The notes under the pieces: model-generated
Database searches by the model: none
Told to the model about the DNA's origin: nothing
The model's input: only the letters and a program-made list of their open reading frames with translations
Shown here: positions 28,954-40,259 of the stretch, piece after piece
How positions within the stretch are numbered: the stretch's first letter is position 1
How the letters are laid out: each line of letters starts with the position of its first letter
Program-made: the position numbers and the translations under genes
Source: Histomonas meleagridis 2922-C6/04-290x
Taxonomy: Eukaryota; Protista; Parabasalia
NCBI GenBank assembly: GCA_020184695.1
Contig: JAANOX010000205.1
Location: 496,001 to 560,000, forward strand
Direction of reading: 5' to 3'
Length of the DNA: 64,000 bases

Positions 28954-29974
28954 AACAAATTTAACTCCATAAAAATTCGTTACGAAAATTTACATTTGAT
29001 GAATACGTTTTCGTTTCGATAGTAAAATGAGCATCGAATAGTTATTGCGAATGCTGAATCGCTTCGAATTTGTTTTGTTTTGGGCTGTACAAACGATTCA
29101 AATGCGCATTTGAAGAATGAATGCGAATTCACTTTACATAGTTTTATGATTCTTTGATAAAAAATGGTTTTCCAATGGTTTTAACGAAGTGGTAATGTAA
29201 ATATCAGAATATGGCTCAAATTAACAGTTGTTTTAAAACTTAATAAAATTGTCCTTGATATGATTGAACTTATGCGTTTTTTGTCGAAGTTGCAGTTCTA
29301 CTACTAATTTCATCGCTGAGAAATTTGGAAATATGAGTAATTATTATTTTCATGAAAAGTAATATTAAAATATATAAGATAAAATCGATATGATATACAA
29401 AATTGTTATTTCATTTTGTTTATTTATTGGAAATTTATCTCTAAATTCAATATTTTTATCAATTTTTTTTGATAAAAAAATTCTTTTCCTTATTTTATAT
29501 ACCAATATTTCAAGAATTCACCCTTTTTGCATAATAATTTAACACTTCTTAATCAACTGTTAGATGAAAACTTGCATGGTTATTTGGTAATTTAATATAC
29601 TCATAATAATTGCCAGAATAATGATACTTATGTATTGTCCATTAGCTAGAATATGAAAAATTGCAAGTGGACTTTCTCTAGAGAAGATATAATTAATATT
29701 GAATATAATATGTTCAAAAATAAAAAAACGAAAACACAAAATATTCTCACAAAAACAACAAGTTAACAACAAATGTAGAAACCCAATTGTGGGTCAATGC
29801 CTAATTATAGGTCTTTGGTCAAAAGGCATTTTGCTCAAAATCTGTTGCAAACGGAAATTTTCATCCCTTTGAATTTTTGTGAATAACGGTTGTTCTCACA
29901 GAAATCCATTTAAAAAATTCAAAGGATTAATTTCATACTTTTTTGAAGTCCGCTTTACTTCATTTTTTTGTTTC

Positions 29975-30397
29975 ATGTTCACTGGAATTAAGGTTCATGA
30001 TGAATGCATGCCTGTCTTCAATGACTTCAAGATTGGTCATAAATATCGATATGTTCTCTTCACTTTTAGTGATGACGAAAGGTTTATTGTTGTTGATAAA
30101 ACAGGGCCAAAAGATACAACGTATGATCAATTCCTTGATGACCTCCCTCAAAATGATGTATGTTTCGCTGTCTACGATTATGATTTCACCAACGATGATG
30201 GAAACCTTCGCAATAGGCTTCTCTTCATCTCATGGGTACCAAATTCTGCACCAGCACGAAAGAAAATGATATCTGCTTCAACAAGGATTTCGTTCAAGAA
30301 TGCTTTACCTGGCGTTGGAATAAGCATACAAGCAAATAGCTATGCTGAAATTCAAGAATCTGAGGTTCGTGCAAAATGCCTTGCTTCAATCAAGTAA
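29975..30397 (+). CDS. Cofilin / actin-depolymerizing factor
   Basis: MFTGIKVHDEC, YRYVLF, FAVYDYDF, RNRLLFISWVP..AP.RKKM.SAS; Inr TCATTTT at 29960. Confidence 0.95.
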   Translation: MFTGIKVHDECMPVFNDFKIGHKYRYVLFTFSDDERFIVVDKTGPKDTTYDQFLDDLPQNDVCFAVYDYDFTNDDGNLRNRLLFISWVPNSAPARKKMISASTRISFKNALPGVGISIQANSYAEIQESEVRAKCLASIK

Positions 30398-31103
30398 AGG
30401 TTTAACCTTCCCAAAATCTTTTTTTCTCTGAACATTTAAAATATAAAATTTGTTTTGATATGCACAATAAATTAAAAAATCCAATAATTCGACAATTTTA
30501 TATATTTTTGCAAGCATTCATATTTCATATTTATCATGTTTTGATTATATTAATGAAATGATTAATCAAAACACATTAAAAATCACATTTAAGCAAGTTA
30601 TTTTGCAAAAGGTGAGAAAATACTTTAAAGATTAATTATTTCATTATTTTTTGCTTACAGTTTCTTCATGATACACAAAATTGAAAATGAATTTTGAACC
30701 ATTAATAAAATTGTATTCTAAAATATTTGATTTATAAAAAGTGTTTTAAATCTGATCAAAATGATAATCGAAAATTTTTGGAAATTTGTCATTACATTTC
30801 CATATTTGTGCTTAATACAGATTAAAACCAAATTTTTCAGGCAATCACATGAAAAGTTATTATTTACTCATCTTCAAAAGCCGCATATTTCATAATTTCT
30901 CCTGATATAAAATCGTCAGCCAATTTCTCTAATCTTTCATCAGACAAAAATATTTCGAATCCATTTCAGCCAAAACTCATCCAAATACACAGTCGGCACA
31001 TCGTAGAAATAAGGATCAGGCGAATCATCCGTATGCAATACGAATTACGCATTTATTTTTTATTAATTTTTTTACACAACAACAGATCTATCACACGTTT
31101 GCA

Positions 31104-33686
31104 TTATTTTGGATTTGTTCTTCTTCTTTGTTCATTATTTTTAGCTGTTCCTTTTTCATTTTGATGTTTCTTTGTGGCGTTACTTCTTCCTCTTTTTTGA
31201 TTTCCACTTTGTGTTCGATTATATTGTTCATTGCCTCCATATCGATCGCGTTCATCTCTATACATATAACCTTCGTCTCTGCTTCTTCTTTCGTAGTCAT
31301 ATCTATCATCGTACGCGTACCCATCTTCGTTTCGATTGCTTCTTCGCTCGTTTCTGTATTCCATATCATTCGGCACATCATACAGATAACCATCGCTTCT
31401 TCGATAAATGTATTCGTCTCTATACGCAGCGTCGAGTTCACTTCGGCGGTAATCCATGTCATCCACGTAAGCGTCGTCGCGATTTCTTCTGCTTCGATTC
31501 TGCTCTGTCGTTTCCTTTTGCTCTTCTTTGCTTCGTCTGCTCTTTCGCTCGTTTGTGCTAATTTCTTTGCTTCGTTTATCTCTTTCGTCTTTCGGACGAC
31601 TGACGTATTCGTCTTTGTATAATGAAATGTCGTTCGGATATATCTCGTCGCGGCTCCGTCTTCGCTCGCGATACTCATATTCGTTCGGATTATCTAAGTA
31701 ACTTTCGTCGCGGCTCCGTCTTCGCTCCCTGTAATACTCATAGTCATTCGGAACGTCTCTGCTTCTTCTTCTATTGTAGTCCAAGTCGCTTTGCATAGCG
31801 TCATAACTTTCGTCTCTGCTTCTTCTTCTGTCTCTGTTATAATCCAAGTCGTTCTGTGGCAAATCATAGATGTCGTCTCTGCTTCTTCTTCTGTTGTAGT
31901 CCAAATCGCTTTGAATAACGTCATAACTTTCGTCTCTGCTTCTTCTTCTGTCTCTGTTATAATCCAAGTCGTTCTGTGGCAAATCATAGATGTCGTCTCT
32001 GCTTCTTCTTCTGTTGTAGTCCAAGTCACTTTGCATAGCGTCATAACTTTCTTCGCGGCTTCTTCTTCTTTCATTTCTGTTGTATTCCAAGTCGCTCTGC
32101 GGTAAGTCATAGATGTCGTCGCGGCTTCTTCTCCTTTCATTTCTGCTGTACTCCAAGTCGTTGTGCGATATATCATATATTTCGTCTCTGCTCCTTCGCC
32201 TTTCTCTTCCATATTCTAAATCACATGGTAAAATATCATAACTTTCGTCGCGGCTTCTTCTTCGCTCACTTCGACTATACTCTAATTCACTTGGCAAGTG
32301 ATCATAGCTGTTGTCTCTGCTTCTTCTTCGCTCTCTGTACTCCAATTCGTCGGGGAACTCATCATATATTTCGTCGCGACTTCTTCTTCGTTCACTTCGA
32401 CTATACTCTAATTCGACATGTAACAAATCATAGTTATCATCTCTGCTTCTTCTTCTTTCTCTATTGTATTCCGAATCATTATCGATTATATTTTCTTTGT
32501 TTCTTTTCCTTTCGTTTCGATTATTATCTTTTTCTCTTTTTACATTATCTTCTGTTTTCTTCTTTGCTTTCATATTACTATTTTCCCGTTCTTTATTTGT
32601 ATTGTTTCTTTTACGTTTTTCATCATTTTTTTGGGGTTTAGTCTCGCCTTCATTCTTTAAAATGTTCATTTCTTTCTGAAATTGTATCATCACTGGCGTT
32701 AAAACAAGTTCTTCATCATTAATTGGTGGTGGTGGAAATGGTGGACAATGATCAGAATCCATATGTTTAAATGTATCATCATTCTCAACAAGTGCATTTA
32801 ACATATGTAATGGAGGAGGTTCACAAATAGGATTCATTTGAGCAGGAATGATTGGATATCGTATCCATTTGCTCATTTGCTCGGCGGTTATGGCGGTTTT
32901 CGGATGTTGGATTTCTGGAACGTGATTTTGCTTCCAAATCTGATGGAAATATGTCCTGATCTCTTCGATAAGAGGTTTAATGTTATCAGAGAATGATGGG
33001 GATTGTTGGGAATAAACATATATGAACCAATCGTTTGATGGATTGGGTGAATCTAATGGTAACAAACTTCGTTCAAATGTAAGCTGAATGGCTGCAATGG
33101 CAAGATGTTCAGGTGGTGCTACAAAAAATAATGGTGAATGTTGAAGATCATTAAGGAATTTTTGACAGAGAATTGTAAATTCTTCTTTAAGAGATATAAA
33201 AATAGGATCAGATGAATCAAGGTGCCAAAGAAGTACTTTCTGAAGATAGGAAAAACAGATGTCATACGGTAAAACAACTTGAAAATTAAAATTTAATGCC
33301 ATAATAATTTTCATTTCTCGATCAATTAATTTATTGGAAAGTTCACTTAAAAATACTTGTGATTTCGTGGGGATCCCATCTAAGCCGTCAATAAGAGAAT
33401 TGATTAAAGGTGTATCTAATACACTTTCGAGAAATGTGACTAATGCTTGAATTTTAATACGTGTTTCACATATTTTTGTAGCTAAATGAAAACTAGATAT
33501 TGAAAATAATCCATATTCTCTTGGATACCCCGGGTTGATTTTATAATAACGATTGAAAAAATGCATGGCCAAAGCACGTGGTTCAGGCGAATTTATTTGG
33601 AAATTATCATTAAGGAAGGCCTGAAATTTAATAACCTTTTCTTCAATTTCAAAAGGGATGGGGAACGACCGAGTTTTGGAGTGCAT
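31104..33686 (-). CDS. Transcriptional cyclin (cyclin L/K-like) with long Arg/Ser/Asp-rich repeat tail
   Basis: Cyclin box (ALAMHFFNRYY..LATKICET; EMKIIMALNFNFQVVLPY; F..PPEHLAIAAI), followed by many RRRSRD units. Confidence 0.82.
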   Translation of the reverse strand: MHSKTRSFPIPFEIEEKVIKFQAFLNDNFQINSPEPRALAMHFFNRYYKINPGYPREYGLFSISSFHLATKICETRIKIQALVTFLESVLDTPLINSLIDGLDGIPTKSQVFLSELSNKLIDREMKIIMALNFNFQVVLPYDICFSYLQKVLLWHLDSSDPIFISLKEEFTILCQKFLNDLQHSPLFFVAPPEHLAIAAIQLTFERSLLPLDSPNPSNDWFIYVYSQQSPSFSDNIKPLIEEIRTYFHQIWKQNHVPEIQHPKTAITAEQMSKWIRYPIIPAQMNPICEPPPLHMLNALVENDDTFKHMDSDHCPPFPPPPINDEELVLTPVMIQFQKEMNILKNEGETKPQKNDEKRKRNNTNKERENSNMKAKKKTEDNVKREKDNNRNERKRNKENIIDNDSEYNRERRRSRDDNYDLLHVELEYSRSERRRSRDEIYDEFPDELEYRERRRSRDNSYDHLPSELEYSRSERRRSRDESYDILPCDLEYGRERRRSRDEIYDISHNDLEYSRNERRRSRDDIYDLPQSDLEYNRNERRRSREESYDAMQSDLDYNRRRSRDDIYDLPQNDLDYNRDRRRSRDESYDVIQSDLDYNRRRSRDDIYDLPQNDLDYNRDRRRSRDESYDAMQSDLDYNRRRSRDVPNDYEYYRERRRSRDESYLDNPNEYEYRERRRSRDEIYPNDISLYKDEYVSRPKDERDKRSKEISTNERKSRRSKEEQKETTEQNRSRRNRDDAYVDDMDYRRSELDAAYRDEYIYRRSDGYLYDVPNDMEYRNERRSNRNEDGYAYDDRYDYERRSRDEGYMYRDERDRYGGNEQYNRTQSGNQKRGRSNATKKHQNEKGTAKNNEQRRRTNPK
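31640..32460 (-). repeat. About 57-66 bp coding repeat (YDxxxxDL[DE]YxRxxRRRSRD) with a near-exact 120-bp duplication at 31801-32040
   Basis: Lines 31801-31920 and 31921-32040 are almost identical. Confidence 0.92.
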
Positions 33687-34038
33687 TAACTGATATTTCG
33701 ATAGAAAATTTGTATGGAAAGAACGTTAAAAACATAGAACATCTTTTTTGTGTAATGAGATATATTTACCTTGATACACAACGTTTTAACAAGTTTTAAA
33801 CCATTAAATATCAAGATGATTTAAAATAGATTATGGAAAAAATTGTAGATTGAGATTGAATCTCACTAAAAAAAAAATTATGAAAATGAATTTTCACTTC
33901 CAACATTGCTATACTATCTTAGTTGTAAACATAAGATCCATTGTTATGCTAAAGAAATCTTTAAAAAATACTAACTAAAATTGGTGATGTAAATTATACA
34001 AAATATTCAATACCACATTTTATATCACATGTCCTCAA

Positions 34039-34530
34039 ATGTCAGAACAAACACCTTTTGGTGTACAAAATACAGAAAACCAAGATGAAGAGGATACAAA
34101 CATTTCCATCGAAATTTTGAAGCTAAAGGCAAGTTTGCAAAAAGAAGAATTACTTAGTGTATCTGATTTGGATGAGATCGCACAAGATTTGCAAGGCGAA
34201 CCCAATGAAGCTTTTAGAGAGATGGTAGTTGAACCGAAGGAACTGAACAATTTGGTTGATTTGTGTTTAATGTATGAAGATATATTCAGAAGTTATAAAA
34301 AAAATGGCACAAAAGAACTTCAAAAGCTGCGCCAAAATGTAGCAGACACAGCTCTTTATAAAGGTACACAAAATGATATTTCCGAAAAGTTAAAAATTTA
34401 CCAAAAGTATGTCGAACTTTTGGATTCATTCAAAACAAAAAAAGATCCCAATGAAATACTTCAAGGTATCACTGAAATTGGGAACAAAGTGGAACAAATA
34501 CAAAGAAACGTCAACAGTAATCCATTGTAA
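34039..34530 (+). CDS. Hypothetical helical/coiled-coil protein
   Basis: 163-codon ORF with normal codon usage; no family recognised. Confidence 0.65.
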   Translation: MSEQTPFGVQNTENQDEEDTNISIEILKLKASLQKEELLSVSDLDEIAQDLQGEPNEAFREMVVEPKELNNLVDLCLMYEDIFRSYKKNGTKELQKLRQNVADTALYKGTQNDISEKLKIYQKYVELLDSFKTKKDPNEILQGITEIGNKVEQIQRNVNSNPL

Positions 34531-34927
34531 TTAAATTTTTGTTATAATATGATAACGAGCTTAACTAAACTATTTTTTGTATTCTATTTGTTGTCTATCA
34601 TCAATTGAGAAGTAAATGATTCGTATATATGATCCCTATTTTAGACCAATAGCAGCTTCATCGAAGTTTGCATTCGCAACAGGAATTCCAAAGGTCTTGA
34701 CGAAGAAGTTATCCCAACCAGTTTTCCCTTATTGTTGATTTGATACCAATATTAATATCTTGAAAAGCAGTTTTAACATAGATTTGCTTGATTTCCTGTT
34801 GTATGATGCTTGAAGATCAGTCTGGAATGCGACACATTTGAGCATCAAGCAAAAGCTTTGGTTGTCTTCATTTGCCAGAAAATAAACTTAGGCAAAGCCG
34901 TTTATTTATAACTGTTATTTTCAACAA

Positions 34928-35650
34928 ATGTCCACTGAAAAAGAACTTTGTTTCTACATGGCACATGTATATGATCATACTGATCAACATCAAGAAACAA
35001 TTGATCTAATCAAAAAAGCAGTTGATCTTGATCCAAAACTATCTGTTAATGAGAGAAATTTACTTGCATCTGCTTATAAAAATCTTATATCAAATCATAG
35101 AAACGGACTCAGAACTCTTGATGCAATTTCAAATCATGATGATGGAAATCTTACCGAAAGTCGTAAGAATCAAATTATTGAAATTCAAAAAAAAATTTCT
35201 TTAGAACTAGAAGAAAAATGCTATGAGCTCATTAAAATGGTGGAAGAAAAGCTTTTACCTGCAGCACAAGATGAAGACTTCAAACTTTTTTACGAAAAAT
35301 TAAGAGGTGATTATTACCGTTACATTTGCGAAACTCTTACTGGTGAAGAACAAGTTAAAGTTGCACAAAAAGCTAAAGAGGCATATGACTCGGCTCTTGA
35401 AATAGCAATGGATCACTTTGCAATTTATGATCCTCATCGTCTCAGCACTGTTTTAAATTATTCTATATTCTTATTCGAAGTAATGAACCAAAAAGAAGAA
35501 GCGATAGATTTTGCAAAAAATGCTTATCATCAGGCTTTGTCTCTAATTGACGAAAATACAGATGATAATTACTCTGATGCAACAATGATCCTCCAAATGA
35601 TGAATGAAAACATCAATAAATGGTCAGAAATCGTTTCTCAATATAAGTAA
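34928..35650 (+). CDS. 14-3-3 family protein (divergent)
   Basis: LSVNERNLLASAYKN, FYEKLRGDYYRY, HRLSTVLNYSIFLFEV, DATMILQMMNEN. Confidence 0.95.
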   Translation: MSTEKELCFYMAHVYDHTDQHQETIDLIKKAVDLDPKLSVNERNLLASAYKNLISNHRNGLRTLDAISNHDDGNLTESRKNQIIEIQKKISLELEEKCYELIKMVEEKLLPAAQDEDFKLFYEKLRGDYYRYICETLTGEEQVKVAQKAKEAYDSALEIAMDHFAIYDPHRLSTVLNYSIFLFEVMNQKEEAIDFAKNAYHQALSLIDENTDDNYSDATMILQMMNENINKWSEIVSQYK

Positions 35651-35740
35651 ATAAATAAAAATATTCATATAAATCATCACTTAAATAAAAAAACTTATTG
35701 ATTTTACAAAAACATTTTCATGTATATTTATTTGTTTTAT

Positions 35741-36019
35741 TCAAACTTTGCTAGCATCCTGGCAAACTGCACATGGTAAGCAGAAAACAGAAATTAGGCA
35801 ATCAATTGAATCAGTTGCAATGTTTCCAGCTTTGTCACCTAAGTCTTTACGAAGGTACCATTCTGGTTGAACATTTAAGCAATGGCAAATTGAACAATCT
35901 TCACCTCTGTTCTTTGAAACATTCTTTGAATGTAAGCATAATGTGCAGAATGTGCCGTAAAGGCAAGTCTTTATGTCTTTGAAGCAACCAAAGAGACCAT
36001 TCCCATATTTCCAAGACAT
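35741..36019 (-). CDS. PLAC8 family Cys-rich protein
   Basis: WxxGLFGCFxD..CLYGTFC.LC and DCL...FCLPCAVCQ. Confidence 0.9.
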   Translation of the reverse strand: MSWKYGNGLFGCFKDIKTCLYGTFCTLCLHSKNVSKNRGEDCSICHCLNVQPEWYLRKDLGDKAGNIATDSIDCLISVFCLPCAVCQDASKV

Positions 36020-37170
36020 TTTGGAAGTGAAGTCAAAGAAAATTGATTGGATCCATTACTTTTTCAATGAGGCTACCGGTAACATGAATTCATGTATTGA
36101 AATACCCACCTCCGCTCCATTCAAATCAAAATGGGGATCAGAAAAATAAAATAATTTTTTCTCATTATTTTTTAGTAAGACATTTATCTAAAGATATATA
36201 TCAATTATCATTTACTTATTGTACGCAATATTAAAATTATTAGAATATTATCTGAACAATTGTTATAATAGTCGCAATCTTTACACATCAATTGAAATTA
36301 CTTTTTCAAATTATCATGAAAAAATTGATCACAAACCTTTGTAAATTTTTACGTTTTATCACAAATGTAATATTGAATTTCCTGTGAGTATTTATGGTCA
36401 GAGCTGAACAAACCAACGTAATTTATTTTAAGAATCAAACATTTTGCTGAAAATGTAATAACAAACTTTCACCACGCAAAAGGTGATGAATTTCTTTCCG
36501 TATAGAATGCAACATCAATCAGAAAAAAAAAACAATTAAATGTAATTATTTTGACAAATTATACTTACTCTCATTTTGTATTATGAATGCCGCCGGCATC
36601 TCGTTTCTTTTATCAGAACAATAGCAACAAATTTCTCAAAAGATAAGAAGAAAGAACTCATAACCTCAAAATTCAAGTGCCTTGTGACTTTTTCAGAGTA
36701 GTTACTCACAATTTTCCACCGGAAAATGTTCACCAATGGGTTCATTTGTTTAGTTTTATTTTATATATTAGATTCGAATTACTATTTAAGTGAGTAGATA
36801 ATCAAAACATAGAAAGGTTATAGTGATGATATAAATTTACTTAAATTGAATTTAATTGATAAAAATGGGAAAAATTTTTAGAGAAGTGCCTTATTAACAC
36901 ATGTTTTAGTATTAATTCGTTGCTTACTGTTTCTCATTTTGAAACTAATCTCTTTTTCGAAAAATAATGTGTTTATTTCAGTTGTGATCAACTTTTAAAA
37001 TATGAATTTATATCAACAAAATTTCATAGATGTGAAGCCCCAATATAATGCAAAAAGAAAAATCCAACAAAAAATTATGAAAATATTTTTTCGTTCATCC
37101 TTTTATATATATTATTGAAACTATAAAAAGCAAAAAAGAATTCAAACTTAAAATCTTTAATTAAAAACAA

Positions 37171-38100
37171 TCAAAATCTTTTTAATAAATCATTTTTGCT
37201 TTCATACTCATCTATCTTTTTTTCTATTTTCGATAAGAAACTCACGAATTGTTGTGCTTCTTTTCCAACAATAAAAACATCGCTTTTATATTGTACAGCA
37301 TTTAGCGACTTCTTAAGTCTTTCTAATTCTTCTGTAAGTTTTGCATTTTCTTTTTCTAATTCATTAAGTTCATCTAATTCTTCATTATCATATTCTTTAC
37401 TTTTACTATTTCGTGGAAATGAAATTACTGATTTAGATGAAGATGCGTTTCCAAGCGCAGCTTTTATCTTCTTCTGTCCTTCGGGTGAAATTTCAGTTCT
37501 TGATATTGTAAAAGAACGAATACCACCGTTTTTAGATTGCTCAGGATCCTTTTCTTGTATGAATTTTAAGATATCTTTTAAGGAATCATTTGTTACTCCG
37601 CAATATTTAATTGTGATTGATGTTATTTGATTGGGATCCAATGCACTTAATAATGAACGAAGACCTTCGTCACCAATATTGATGTTACATAAAATAATGC
37701 TTTCTAATGAAGTTGAATATGAGAAACTTGATATTAATCTTGATATTTGTTCCCTTGTAAACAAAATATTTGAGAGATAAATTTCTCGTAGCTTGCTATT
37801 TCGTGGTAAAATGTATGCTATCAATTGAACAATATTTCTGATATATGTTGATTTGCGTTTAGCAATTGAATTTAATACGGTTACTGGAAATGGCCTCCCT
37901 ATAACAACTTTTTGCTCTGCACGTTTTAGTTCATCGCACGAAAAGCCTAGAGATTCTATGTTATTAATTGCAAATATTTGTAAAGATCGAAATAATGGCT
38001 CATAAAATTCTGCAGGTATTTTTGATAAGTCAAAATGATAAACAGGACCTTCGCCATCTGCAAGGTTCCGAATATTAGCATCAGATATAGAAGATTTCAT
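37171..38100 (-). CDS. RNI-like leucine-rich-repeat protein with C-terminal coiled coil
   Basis: LREIYLSN, LESIILCNINIGDEG, ITIKYCGVT repeats; LEKENAKLTEELERLKK coil. Confidence 0.8.
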   Translation of the reverse strand: MKSSISDANIRNLADGEGPVYHFDLSKIPAEFYEPLFRSLQIFAINNIESLGFSCDELKRAEQKVVIGRPFPVTVLNSIAKRKSTYIRNIVQLIAYILPRNSKLREIYLSNILFTREQISRLISSFSYSTSLESIILCNINIGDEGLRSLLSALDPNQITSITIKYCGVTNDSLKDILKFIQEKDPEQSKNGGIRSFTISRTEISPEGQKKIKAALGNASSSKSVISFPRNSKSKEYDNEELDELNELEKENAKLTEELERLKKSLNAVQYKSDVFIVGKEAQQFVSFLSKIEKKIDEYESKNDLLKRF

Positions 38101-38328
38101 TAATAAACGGACGTTTAAAAATCCAAATGCGTATTAAACGGTCACAACAACATTAAAGCAAAGTGATGGATGTTATAGATCTATGTTTAAAAACAGATAA
38201 CGATGAGTATTGACATCTACTAAATTGCAAGAAAATGTATATCGAACTAAAGAAAGTATTCGTTTAAATAAACTATTAAAAAATAATTTCCTACAAAAAA
38301 GTATTTAATAATTAAAATAATTAATAAT

Positions 38329-39822
38329 TCATTTGCTTAATTCCTCAGGAACTTGAATTTTAATCTTTTCCAAAATGTTAACAAAATCATTTTGATCTTT
38401 TATCATAATTACGTTCAAAGGCCAATTTAATTTTTTGCAATCTTCATCTATATTTAAATCAACACTTTCATTCTTTGCAAACACGTAAACAAAAGGCGGC
38501 CAAATCAATTTCCAACTTTCATCAATTTTTTCAAGTCGAATTTTTATCTCTATTTCACCGCTTGAATGTAATATATAAAACAATTTCATTACATTGTTTT
38601 GGATGTTATTTTCACCCAAATATTGCATTAAAGAATCATTAAGTTCTTTGATTTTATTATGTTTCTGTAAAATACCTTTAATATCAGCACCATTCCATAC
38701 ATTTTTAAGTATATCATTCGAAAGGAACTTGGAGACCATTAAATTTGTTATATCGTCATTTTTTTGGTCATTTTCGGCACTTTTCGTTGTAAAAGAATAT
38801 AATGTTAAATATTTTTTGTTGTGGAAAACACATTTTTCAATGATATGAACACAAGAATTTCTATGTAATTGAGAACCATCAACTCCAAACGAAATTGCTC
38901 CACCAGAAAATTGTTGAAGTTTCAATTTTGAAATTTGATTTTCCATATGTATTTTACCATTAAATCCACAAACTTTAGAAATCTCAAGATATCGTGGGGA
39001 GTAAATAGTGTATTTTGGAGTCAGAGATGCTGAAAATAAAATTCGCATTTGGGTGATTGGATTATCTGATAATGTGAAAACATGACCAAATGAATATCGA
39101 GAAATGGCTGTTGAGCGCCTAAAGTCAGGAGTGGAAAGACCCAAATGAACAATTGCTTTGGAGCGAGCAATTGTGATTGATAAATCCTCGGCTTCTCCAC
39201 CAGATATTTGAGTTAGAGGCCTTTTGTAGAATGAAAATATAACAAAAGGATTCACACTAGGGATTTTAAGAATGATTTTGAGGATTGTAAATGGATCAAT
39301 TTTTTCTTTGATTTTATCTGGAATAAGTGCATATATAGAAGAAATAGAAGAAAAAATAACAGACGAATCAGGTTTTTGCATGGTATAATATTTTAGCGGT
39401 TTAGGATCTTGGTTTTCTTTGAATAAATAAAATAATAAGATATTGTTTTGGATTGACATAAAAATTGGGATGTCAGACATAGCTACAATAGAAAATGTTG
39501 AAGTGTCTGCTAGGTTATCAATAAATTGCTGCAAATATGTTAGCATAAGAGATTTTGGAAGAGATATATCAAAAATAAAAAAGAAATGTTTTCTTGGTTG
39601 TTGCTTTGATGTAAAACATAATGTTTCTGGTTTGAAATCCTGCTGAGGATTACAAAATGGACAATGAAAATTTCCATCATTGCTGATAAAAAAAGGTGTT
39701 TTACATTTTTTACATTTTTGCATTTCACTATCGATATTAACATAATATTTTGGGAAAGGAACTGTTTGGATACATCCAAAGATTTGGTTCTGGATGCATG
39801 TTGAGCTAAACGCAAGAGACAT
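38329..39822 (-). CDS. Divergent Sec23/Sec24-like protein (zinc finger plus vWA trunk)
   Basis: CKKCK..F..CPFCN zinc finger followed by HFFFIFDIS vWA strand. Confidence 0.65.
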   Translation of the reverse strand: MSLAFSSTCIQNQIFGCIQTVPFPKYYVNIDSEMQKCKKCKTPFFISNDGNFHCPFCNPQQDFKPETLCFTSKQQPRKHFFFIFDISLPKSLMLTYLQQFIDNLADTSTFSIVAMSDIPIFMSIQNNILLFYLFKENQDPKPLKYYTMQKPDSSVIFSSISSIYALIPDKIKEKIDPFTILKIILKIPSVNPFVIFSFYKRPLTQISGGEAEDLSITIARSKAIVHLGLSTPDFRRSTAISRYSFGHVFTLSDNPITQMRILFSASLTPKYTIYSPRYLEISKVCGFNGKIHMENQISKLKLQQFSGGAISFGVDGSQLHRNSCVHIIEKCVFHNKKYLTLYSFTTKSAENDQKNDDITNLMVSKFLSNDILKNVWNGADIKGILQKHNKIKELNDSLMQYLGENNIQNNVMKLFYILHSSGEIEIKIRLEKIDESWKLIWPPFVYVFAKNESVDLNIDEDCKKLNWPLNVIMIKDQNDFVNILEKIKIQVPEELSK

Positions 39823-40259
39823 CCTAAATTAACGTCTTTTTGTTATTAAACGGGCTTTAAAAAATTCGTCCAATTTTAGCTAGTTTTTTGCAGTGAGATT
39901 AAATTGGTTCAGAATTTAATTGGTTTTCGCAATTTTATTTTCGGGAATACTATAAAAAGCATCAATTTACTTATACATCTGAAAAAATCCTAATAATAAT
40001 TTATCATGAAAAATAAAAAATATATATTTAATTTTTATAAAAATATTTGTATTCTGCACTCAAGTTGGAATTAATTTTTAATAACATTCATATGAAGAAA
40101 AATATTCATTTCATGATATGTTGTCATGCTCAGAAACAGAACCTGCCAGCAATAACGTCTGACTCAAAATCAATAAATTACGGTTGATGGCCACATCACA
40201 TGTGATTTGAACGACCTCTATCAAATAATTGAAAAGGTTATTCTGCATTAATCCATCAG

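Noticed and set aside
27414-28970. 518-aa and 339-aa antisense ORFs over the mucin-like gene
   Set aside because: Shadow ORFs of the 12-bp repeat; the plus strand has signal, TM and promoter logic.
29879-29974. Upstream extension of cofilin; likewise 49294-49467 for the IBD gene
   Set aside because: Non-ATG starts in the ORF track; these stretches contain the Inr and look like promoter or UTR sequence.
34640-34870. Coding-like minus-strand stretch (..TGWDNFFVKTFGIPVANANFDEAAIGLK*)
   Set aside because: Short, broken across frames, and no family recognised; cannot be supported without a search.
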